DNA of 64,000 bases from Antedon mediterranea (Eukaryota; Animalia; Echinodermata), in NCBI RefSeq assembly GCF_964355755.1, contig NC_092671.1, positions 5,146,001-5,210,000 of the forward strand, given 5' to 3'. Each line of letters begins with the position of its first letter. Within the stretch, counting starts at the first letter, position 1. Below are positions 38,501 to 50,500 of the stretch, in pieces. The translations under genes and the position numbers were made by a program. The notes under the pieces were generated by a model, which was not told where the DNA came from, did not search any database, and saw only the letters and a list, made by a program, of their open reading frames with translations.

Positions 38501-41500
38501 AGATAATTCTAAATTGACTAAATAAATTCATGATATCGTCACATTTTATCTAATGTGGTGGGTGCTACAGGTTTTTTTTATGGTGCTACAGGGTTTTTTA
38601 TGGTGTTAAAAGGTAAAAGTCAAATTAGAATATAAAATATTACTTAAGACAGAAACAATCAATTTAAAATCTGCAAAAGTAAAGATTTAAGAACATTTAG
38701 ATTAATGATATTGATTTAGTTTTTATTTCATACGCACGCATCAGGATGGTTCAACTATTTTATTATTTATCATGCTTATAAGCCAAGTCTCATTTGAGAC
38801 TTAGGGAGTGTAGTTTAAAGTGTTATGAGTTACAACCCTGACACTTGGTCAGGATTGAACCCTGGATCTTAGGATTTGAAGGCCACAAGCTCCACTACTT
38901 TTTGAAAACAATTTATTTCTAGGAATTGCAACACTGTAACCATTACATCTAAGCTTGAATATAGCGTAACACAATAGGAGGATATAACCAATAGTTTAAT
39001 AAACAAATATGTGTATAATCTATTCAGACTATAAAGCCCAACATTTCCACAATTTTACATTTCAAAATGAGCAAACAAGATTACACCATTTGAGCGCACC
39101 AGATGACAATTACAATGTTGATCGACGATTAAGCATTGTAAATGGTTTCACTTTTGACTAAAAACTATAGCCATTTAAACACACTTACCTCAACTTTCTC
39201 TACAACTTGTTTTCCAAATGAGCACACCTTAGTAGAACATTGTATAGTCATGTTTTCAAGGCTCTCATATCTAAAACGAAGACATAAAAATTAAATGAAA
39301 AATAAAGCATTATCTTTGGTTATAAAAAACACCAGACTAGACATGAATAAGACCAAACATGAACATGATTTGTTATCGATACCAGGACATTTTCTAAAAA
39401 GCCAGCCATATCACATCATCATTCACTTTATGGGTTGAACATATTTATGTTTAATGCAACTTGTGATGTGGGTCAATAACAGACAGATTCTAGCTTGAGT
39501 TTAATTTCATTTTTACCTAAAACCTATCCTTAAAATTAATTATCTTTTCATCTATTTATTGCGTTTGTAATTCTAAAATATCAGTTGATAAATCTTGTGT
39601 TTAAATTCTGATTCTTGCATTCAAATTCTGATTCTTGTGTTCAAAATTCTGATTCTTGCGTTCAAATTCTGACTGACATTTAAATTCTGACAGTCGCTTT
39701 CTAATTCTGACTGTTGTGTTAAAATCTGAATCTTGTGTTATCATTTTAACTCTTGTGTTCAAATAATTCATATTATGTAAGTTATGATTTAAATTTTGTA
39801 AGAATATTTTCAAAACATTGCTTTTATTATACTCACTGGCTTGTAACTCCATAAAATGCGTTGGCATCTTCTGTCATATTTGAATTAAGATCCGCCTAAT
39901 TAAGACAAAAATTAATTAAGGACGACAATAAACAAAATAACATAATTCAATTGAATATTTATTATATATCTAAATTAAGTTAATAAATTTGTTTTATAGT
40001 AGCAATTAAATAAGCAATACACATAAATAAAATGAGAACAGAAAGATTTTCACAAATATATAGTCTGCAAAGTTATATTTGTTATATAATTTTGCATTAT
40101 AAATGTATTAAAACACGAATCACCAATAATACTGTACACTCCAGAGAGATGGTATGTTAAACAATTTTTTTCGATTTTCTAAAATCATGAAAAAAGAACA
40201 TTAACTATCTAATAATTATATTGTCTTATTGCAAACTGATCTATCTCACAATTTAAATTCTATTTATTGTCATTTAACATGTTTTAATCAAAATAAATCC
40301 TTCATTGAGATTTTTAAGTAGTAACATTGTATTCACTTATGCTAATAGTAAATCCAACCAATCACGATCAACTTGTCAAAAGTAATCCTAAACCCTTGTT
40401 GTCAATGATACTAATTTTCATCGACATTCAATAGGGGGCTAGGCCTACCGCTTCACACATATTTTGACTACACATCTAGTCACCACCTGTGAATTCCAAT
40501 CTCTAGCCTAGACACGATGGCCAGGTGTTTTGATTGGTTAGGTTTAACTACTTCCTGTGTCGATGCGATACAATTCAGTTCATACGGGAAGTGACAACAT
40601 TGGAAATTTAATTAACGAGAACATGACCGTTGAAGGACATAACGCACGGTCAAATTTTGATTTGTTTATTATCGTCATAGATACAGAGCTAAACTCGCTA
40701 CAAAATATTTTGGTCATAATCTTTTATGTAATATAATTCTTTAAAATGCATTTATTAATTTATTTATTGCTTACATAAAACTAAAATTTAATACTAATTC
40801 CAATAAAATCACATCACCCAAACATTCAGAAAATGCAGAACATTTTTTTAATGAAATACTTATTTTGAACTTACCCAAAATTTGACTAAATAAAAGCCCT
40901 CTTGTGGGCCTTTATCATACAGTTCCTTTAACCCTCCTTTTTTCTCGGGAAATTTATCGTATATTTGACGGATATCAACAGACTAAAAACGGAGCAGAAA
41001 ATATGGAAGTTATCAATATTGCATTTGTCAGACATGTTAATGTTAAATACCTCCGGGCCAAAACCGAAAAAATTTCAACCATGACTACAACAGTCACAGA
41101 AAGGTGAGGGGAAATAGCAGAGGGCTAAACAAAGCGTAAAAATATCATTCATTTTATTGACAGTTTAAACAAATCAATATCGTATGTTTGTGTTCGTTCA
41201 TATGGTGGCTATTATAATTACGGACCAGAATTGTTTGCTTCCCGCCAACGTCAAATTAGATTCCAGTATTCACGAGTCACATGTTATTAAATGACATAGC
41301 AGAATCTTTACTGATGAAGGCAGGAAGTTGGACATTTTACCCCATTGTCTTTTAGTTAAAAAAGGCAGACAAAAACGAAATGAGAAGGGAAAAAATTTAG
41401 CTGACTATGCTGACACCTGTTTTATACCAACCCATATTATATCATCAGCTCACCTGGTAATGAATTACCAGGTGTGCAACTCTAAACCACCTGGATATGC

Positions 41501-44500
41501 GTACAAGGTTTGCAACTATTGAAATTATATAAAATGGGAACTAGGCGTTTAGTAGCACTAGTTATGGTCTCTTATTTAATATTTGGAATCATTTTATCTG
41601 TAACTAGGTAGCTCAAATTTGATTGGTCATAATAACTTATAGTATAGATCTGGTCATTTAATTATGATTTTTGTAGAATTTTAGATGTTTGGTCTTAAAT
41701 TAGAATCACTTAATAAATTAGTAATTGGAGGTAGACCTTATTACAATTTTGTTTGTTTTAATTATCTTATTTAAAAAATGTTCAACAAAATGTTGTTGAA
41801 AGTAAATGTAAAAGAATTGATCTCACGCAAACAAATTTTTGGAAGATACGTATTATTGTTGAGACATATAGTGCCCGGCCAGCAATTAATGCCATATGAC
41901 ATACATAAATGGAAATGTTGCGACATATTTACCAGATTTTTGACATGTTTAAAATAGGTCATAGAAAGTGTAACTCTATCAAAAATAATTTAGTGTTGAG
42001 AACATAAAGAGGAAATTGGTAAAATTCAGAATCTTTTAATCATAGATGAGATTATCGCTGATGTCGTTATCTTTGACACCATGCCATGCAATAAAAAAAA
42101 AACGGATATGTTGTAGATGCTGGGATAAATATAAATTCATAATTGGGATATACAGGTCCAGATAAAGAAATTCCGCATAGGGAGGGCCTGGTATTAAAAT
42201 GGAAATAAGCATAAATTAAATAAAGCTACAATCCTTTCTCTGTATCTGCACTCGATAACAAAAATGTGATAAGATGGGATTAATACTTGTACCAAATGGG
42301 CTTATATACCAGAATGAACATAAATGATGGGCTTACAAATGAAGAGTGGATACCAAAATGGACATAAAATAAGCAATTTTTATTAAATACATAAAAAATA
42401 AAAGCAGGTTGACTTACTTCTAGCATAGGGTCGGAATAGCTGACATTTGAGCCAAGGTGTACAAAAAGGTGTTTTGCATACTATAAACAAAAATAAAAGG
42501 GAAAATGTAAAAGTAGTATATATAGCAATTTTTTAAAACAAAACAAATTGTGTAACAGATCATCAATTTAACTACTATGTAATATTATTGGTATAATATA
42601 TATATATATATAGATTTTATCCAATTAGAGGGTGGGATTATACTTGAGCATGGGATTATAACTGATCATATAGTGTTGTTACATTTTGTAGTGAAGATAA
42701 AGATAATAAAATTGATGACGCTGATGATAATGGCAACAAAAAGAATGAGGATGATGTTGGTGAAGATGATGATGATAATGGCAACAAAAAGAATGAGGAT
42801 GACGTTGGTGAAGATGATGATGATAATGTCAACAAAAAGAATGAGGATGGCATTGGTAAGGATGATGATGATAATGGCAACAAAAAGAATGAGGATGACA
42901 TTGATGAGGATGATGATGATAATGTCAACAAAAAGAATGAGGATGGCATTGGTGAGGATGATAATGGCAACAAAAAGAATGAGGATGACATTGATGAGGA
43001 TGATGATGATAATGTCAACAAAAAGAATGAGGATGGCATTGGTGAGGATGATGATGATAATGGCAACAAAAAGAATGAGGATGACAATGCAGTGAGGATG
43101 ATGATGATAATGTCAACAAAAAGAATGAGGATGGCATTGGTGAGGATGATGATGATAATGGTAACAAAAAGAATGAGGATCACATTGGTGAAGATGATGA
43201 TAATGGTAACAAAAAGAATGAGGATGACATTGGTGAAGATGCAGATGATGATAATGGTAACAAAAAGAATGAGGATCACAGTGGTGAAGATAAAGATGAT
43301 GAATATGATGGTAACACAGATAATGATGATTATAAAATTGATGAAGATATGGATGGCATGTTAAGCTATACACATGAAACATAAAGAAATGGATTACAGT
43401 ACAACCCTCTATTGGAACACCATAATTCATGGACATACAGGGATATATGTTACTGTGTGATAAAGAACAAACACCATGAGACCCAACAAGGTGTCCCCTT
43501 AATAGGGGCGTAGCAAAGGAGTACTTGTATGTAAAAACCAACTTACATTATCAGGATCTCGTTGGTAGTCCAAGAAAGCTTGGAACTCTACAAGTCTTAA
43601 CTTCCTGGTACCTATGGAACGTCCTTCCCACGCAGGAGGAGCGTTATTTGTCTGTGGTGGAGCTGGGTAATCTGTGGTGTGGGGGTAAGGCTGTGATAAC
43701 TGGAAAGGCTTTTGACTAAAAAATCAATATGTATAAAAATGTATAATTAGATGTAAATATATAGTTTTTCAATACTGGACATCATAGGGCTGGTCTAATA
43801 TGTTTGGTTTCCCTGGGTTAGCTTAATATGTCTGGTTTCGCCAGGCTGGCCTACTATGTCTTTTTTCTCGGGCTGGCCTACTATTTCTGTTTTCTCGGGC
43901 TGGCCTACTATTTCTGTTTTCTTTGGGCTGGCCTACTATGTCTGGTTTTCCCCGGGCTGGCCTAGTATGTATGTTATCCCAGGGATGGCATACTATGTCT
44001 GGATTCCCTGGGCTGGCCTAATATGTCTGTTTTCTCAAGCTGGCCTACTATGTATGGTTTTCTTGGTCTGGTCTGGTTTCCAAATTGAAAATCAAAATCT
44101 CCATAATTTTGAAAATCTTATTTGGAATATTTGCAGAATACTTACTCCTGCGACGGTCCTGCCTGTGGCAATGCAGGGTTCCAAAGCTGTGGGAAACAAT
44201 ATAATAAACAACCTTTAAAATAAGACATATCCAAAAATAAACAAAAATGTTGCATCATATTATTGATACACTCTGTGCCAAGTTTTGAATTTTAACAAAA
44301 AATGCCAGACAGGTTTGATTATTGCCACAGCTGTATACAACTATTAGAAAATTGTTCAGTTGATGTTGATATATTTAATAATAATAATAATAATACGAAA
44401 TTAAAGGTTTTTGTTTTGTGGGATTATGTTTCTATACGTATTTGATCTAAAAAAATAAGTGGGTAATATTGTGAAACAAATTATTTGGCTATTCTGGTAT

Positions 44501-47500
44501 TATTATGGATAAAATATATTTAAATCTTTTTTTACAAGATATAGGCGAATGACCATTTAATATTTTCATATAATTGTCAATTTGGGAAACATCTGGGATC
44601 TTTAGGAGCATAAAGAATAAACTAAATTGATACACAATAATAATTTATTGAACTGAATATACCATATGGCTTTTTAATTATTATAGTAAAATATAATTTA
44701 GTATTATTAGGTTAACTACTAATCGAGGGTATAGTTTGGAAAATTGTCAAAAAGGGTAAAAATCTGGTACTTTTACGACTTGATTGATAGGAACTTCTAA
44801 CCGAGTGAGAGTGCTTTTAGCTGGAGAATATTCTTTTATTGTTTATTTCAGTAAAAATAATAATATCCTGGATTTATAAAGCACCTAATCATGTGAAAAG
44901 CTCTGTACATATTATTACCCCATTTTTGGGTCAAACATATACCAGCTACCAATTTGTATACCTGGGTGTAGAGAGGCAAACGTAAGTAAAGTGTCTTTTC
45001 TAAAGATATAAGGAATGTGATGGATTCGACCCCACGTTCAGTAGTCCAACACACTGCACCACACGGCCTCAATAAAACCACTATTAAGGAGAAAACTTTA
45101 GGACCCAAAAGTGTCCCCCTGGCCCTTGTTTATTTGGTTGGACAGTTCCTCAATAGGGGTTTCTCCTGGAAAGTGGCGTCTCCTGAAAAGTGGCCTCCCA
45201 AAGTTCTACTGTAAACGAGTATTCGGTATTATGCAGCTGATACAGATAACCTGTTTTACCTTTTACCAAATTTGTTATTATCGGAATGAACTTGGTATCC
45301 AAAGATTTCAGTAAAAACTAAATATATAAAATGTAAATAGTAGAAGTTTGCAACAATTGTCCAAACAAGTGTTTTTCGTAAAATTATTGTTTTGATTTAA
45401 AAAGTGATTTTTATTATAAAAACAAAGCTAGGACTAAAATAAAAAAAAAATGTTGAACCAATGGAATGAATTAGGTCAAATGGATGATGAATGATGAAGA
45501 AGTTATTCACCAAAAACCAAAAAAATGTTTTGAACCACTATGACGAAACACCTGATTCCGCAAGTAATAACATGAATATGTATATTTCTACTCGGAAACA
45601 AAATTATTTATTTAAATTTAGGAAAATATGATAGTACAACATGTATACTTTCTGTGTCCAATAGTTGCGAAAATTTGTTTCGGAAAGATAGACGATCAAG
45701 ACGGTAATTAAACAGAGCGTGATGGATGCGGTAACATGGTCAGAATACACGTTCTACTGTACTTGTCATGGTCTCTTAAATTACCGTTTTTTTTTGTCTA
45801 CTTTTCCAAAACAAAAGCTTAATATTCTTACCGGTGGACCAGTTGTATATGGTGATCGTAAAGGTGATGGTCCAATAACACCAGGTAAACCATGTGGTAC
45901 TGCTTTATTATGGATGGCGGTTGCGGAGACAATTTGAGCTGAAGACATGGCGGCCATACTTTGAAGTGCTTTATCTTTGGCAGCTTGATCCTACAGAAAA
46001 GAAAACACTGTATTACAATCTAAGAATATTATTCCTAACCTTTACAACTGGGCTATCAATCTTTTTACTTGAGTCAAGACATTTTAGAAGTGCTTAAGTG
46101 AAAATACTTAGGTAAAATTGTTTATTTAAAACAAACTTAAGATGATTTTGTTGCCAAGAATGTTAGGTAAATCTAAGTCTATAAATATAATTTCTGTAAA
46201 CAACCTACATGTCAAGCTACAATATTTATTATAGAATTATCAACCAATCAAATTTATTCCTACATTCACAGTGGTTTAATGTGAAAGAGGTATTAACCAT
46301 TATCCATCAAAACTGTACAAATAGGAAAACTTAATAAGAACAGAATGACAAATACTTTATTGTATTCAAGGTTCTCATAATAGGTAGATATAAAATCCAC
46401 ACCAGGAAAAGAAAAATGCCCTTCTTTATACAGTATCCAATATAAAACTATAGAACAAATGAATAAGCAGAAAATAGCATTATGCTGGCCATGTTACTAG
46501 GCAATTGTAATCAAGATTCTAAGTTGATATAAATCAGTCAGATATCCAGACTGGATCTATCATTTTAAAAAAGAAAACGCCTTTTTTGTACTTTCCAATT
46601 TGATATAAAACAACAACTCTAGATATGTAAACCATTTCTTTCAATTTCTGCTTCAAGTGGTAGGCAAAAACTAAAGATACAGGTTACCATATGACCCCAA
46701 GAACAAAATTAAATTGCTCATTTCATATCTTCTTTTCCTTATCTTTTTTTTGCAAGCATATTATATGCTTGATCTCTTAGCTCTGTCTACACTATCAAAC
46801 TTTATGTGACAAAAAAATGTGATGTGCCTATATATGGACATGATGATGTCATATCAATATCATATTTGGTTTGATAGTGTAGACGGAGTTTTAGAAAGAA
46901 TTTACTAATAACATTAAATTATATTAGCCCTATTTGAACTACACTATGTAGAATGAACAACATAGTATTAAATGATGTATAAAGAACTTTTATTTTTTAA
47001 CCAGACCCCTACGGGAACCACGGTTGTTATGTTATAAGAATAATACAGGTTTGAGTTAATAATAGTAACTTGTGTTCTCATTTGTATCTTTTTTATTGCG
47101 TCAACCCTAAACTAGTCTATTAAATAAATAAATGAATAATCAAGTTAATGACCACAGTTGAAAAATTTTCATGAAAATTAAACAAATAAATCACTGAAAT
47201 AAGAAAATTTGATTAGAAATTTACATAAATCAATTATTATGTGTATAAAATAATGTAAAATACGATATATTAGAATTTATAACTGATAATTAGTAATAAA
47301 TATGATTGAAGATTAGGCTTGATATAAGTTGTTCTACACTCTACATTCTCTATTGGAGTTAAATAGTCAATCTCACGGTTTAGCTTGTTTGTTCAAACGA
47401 TAAAAAACAGAGGGGTTAAACATCCAATAATTCATTAAAAAAAACCAATCCGAGTTATATCGGAGATAAATTAAAGTTATATATCAGCTTATGGAGAAGG

Positions 47501-50500
47501 ACATAGACCATCCCTTGCGCTGGTTGTTACTCTGATCAGATTATCTCTGTTCTATGCACGCTTGACTCAATAGCACGTGTGAACACAACTATTGTAAGTA
47601 AAATTTTACTGTAAATGTAACACACAAAAAATAAATTGATAAAAAAAATTGCAATAAAAAAAATTGGCATTGGCTGAACATTTTAAGAAATAATTCTTAG
47701 ATCATGAATATTGGATCAGTTGCTAAACATTATATTGTTAAAATCTTTAAAATTTCTGTTTATTTCTTTCAAACAAAAATGATCTTACATAAATATTGAC
47801 ATGAAATAATGTAATGTTATGTAATGAAATCTGATTACTAACAAAAATATTGTGAATACTAAGACAATTGAGTGCAAATTAGTTACATGCAGGCTCTCTA
47901 TACAATATAATGTTATATGTAATTATTGTATCATATGAATTTAATTAGAAACAATCTACATAAATACATATAATTAATAATAAAAAAAATAATATCTAAT
48001 ATCTATCTTGCATATATTATATATTGGGAATCAAATCAAATTGAAATTGAATTTGTTTTCTCTAATTTAAATAGTTTCCATATACAGTAGATGAAAAAAA
48101 TATTATAAATTTACACAATTTTAAATCAATCAATCAATCAATAATTTTTATTTCTCAAATAAAAACAAAAAAAAAGTTAACATTTTCTAAAAATAATAGA
48201 TAATAAATGAGAAAAAGGTTAATTAATAGTGTGATAATTTAAAAAGTACAATTTAATATTTTTTCATTACAAAAATAAGAACAATTAGACGTTTGTTACT
48301 TTTTAAAGTAAATCATGAATAATGGAAAGCTGTTAATTTTAGGATTAACAATATAATGCTTCACATAGGACTTAAATTATTTGTGGTTTTAAATGCGGAT
48401 TCAAAGGTTTTAGTCAGGTCAAAGGAGAACAGACACAAAAGAACAATTTATACTTTCAGTTAAATTTGTATAACATGACCTTCCGGGAGAAATTAGAAAA
48501 GTTAAAAGATTTGTTGGAAAATTTTTTAAAATTTTAACGCAACCTTTGGTTTTTTGATAAATGAATGTAAACATGATGTTACCTTTATCGTTCGCTTGAC
48601 GTCTCTGGACTTGCGCTTCGCAAGTACTTGCATATGACTCGAAACCTGATCAAAAAGCAGAAAATCAAAAACACATTCTAAGACATGCAGGTAGGTTGAA
48701 TGTAATAAAATGCAAGCCGTGCTAATAGCCTACCTTACACATTGCCTGTAGCTCCCTGGCCTTGCGCCTGGCTAACACTTGTATATGGCTAGAAACCTAG
48801 GAGAGATAGGCAAAAAGGCAAGAAGAAGCCGTGAGAGAAAAACCAGTGCCACAAATACAAAGTGCCTTCAACACGAAATCAAAGCAAAGTGGTTACACTG
48901 AAGAAAATATGCGAAAGTTAAGTAGCCGCTGTTTACGTATACAAACGTAAGCTCCGAGTTTGTGCGTACGTCTAATACAAACAAAAGTTAATAGATTTTG
49001 AAGAACGAGATTTTAGAGATACGCAAACTTCACACGCAAGTGCAAACAGCAGAAAGTTGGCAATTCACCAAAAGTGCCTCTTGCGACAATGTGGATCATA
49101 GTGGGTGTAAAGCGATCTTATATACGCATCGGCTGTGACGCTTGCACGCAAAAACATAGAAGAATAAACAGATGGCATAACGATGCAAGGATCAGAATAT
49201 TGCGTGGATTACAAAGACTTTAATACCAAATAAAATCAAAAGTAATGACACCATAAATAAAACAATAAATAATAATAAAACATAAAACGATACAACACTG
49301 ATAGCTGTTGAGTGAAAGGCTAGCTCCAGGCACACATTTGTAAACTGTATCAAATGGAGATTCAAGAGTTTTTGCTAACTCGTTTTGATACACGATTCTT
49401 ATAGAAAACAAATAATAAAATTCACTGTTCTTCCACAAAATGTTGAAAGTATTGTAACTATTAACTTATAAATCAAGAATAATATAATGTTCACATCGCC
49501 TTGTACTGGGCTGTACACTGAGCGCATACAGTACAATACAAAAAGTTGATGTTGATTCCTCGTTGTTGCTAGGCGATGCGAAGTGGTACGAACGTGTCCT
49601 CTAATTAGGGGCTTTTACTGTATATTGACATGTTTCTAGTGTGATAGCGTATCCAACAACGACACTCCCACTTTTAAATGAACACTTTACAATGTTTTCT
49701 CAGAGCTAGCCATAGACCACTCAATACAAAGAATCCCAAAGAACTTTAGAAAAAAGAAGACTAATAAAACATAGTAAAAGATGATCATAAAATTTAATAT
49801 CAAAGTGAAAGATAAATCTTTCAAGAAAATATAAGTTAAATCATATTTTATAAGTATGTTTTATGTCATCATACATAATATTTTATATTATATACACCAC
49901 ATGTTTCAATTAAGAATGCCCTCAACCCTATCTATTTTTTTATATATCATAATAAAAATAATGGGGTACACAACAATTGTTAATAAATTGGTACATTGTG
50001 TAAGGGTTTCTTTGTTTTAAAATTTCACTTCAATTTAAGTAAAATTTATTTCCATTTTTAAATATGAGCAACAACATTACAATTCAAGTGATTTCATTGG
50101 ATAAAAGTTTATGACCAACTCTTTGGAAATTAAAGAGCGTCTCATATATACAATTTACAGAAAGGACTTTAAAATCAATACAAAACCTTTAAAATTGATG
50201 TTTAGCAATTACTTCTTTTCTGTAATACATCAAAGCTTAAATTCCAATAAAATATGCATCAATTTTAAGACTTCAAATAATGGCACGTAATCAACGGAAA
50301 TCTCGTTTCCATCACAGCCTAGGAACATTTCTAATTGTGGCGCTGAAATAAGAGAACCTTCGTTCCGTCGCGTTTTATGAAAGCAAATTTGAAACGAGAC
50401 CTGTACTGCAATCAATCATACGCATGAATAGGCTCAATTGAATCGTTTTTAATTAATGTTACTTGTCAAAATTATAGTAAAATATGCATTAAAGTTTTTA

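Noticed and set aside
41451-41474. Perfect 11-bp inverted repeat cacctggtaat-ga-attaccaggtg
   Set aside because: Too short and isolated to call a miRNA or other element
42656-43541. Low-complexity ORFs (Met-rich, Ser/Phe-rich, or an Asp-rich frame)
   Set aside because: Translations of a GAT-rich minisatellite; a 1-bp shift near 43090 breaks the frames; no splice or homology support; intronic in TEAD
45991-48582. Micro-exon after the TEA domain, as in vertebrate TEAD1
   Set aside because: No convincing candidate by eye; exons 3A/3B join exon 4 in frame without it; RNA-seq would be needed
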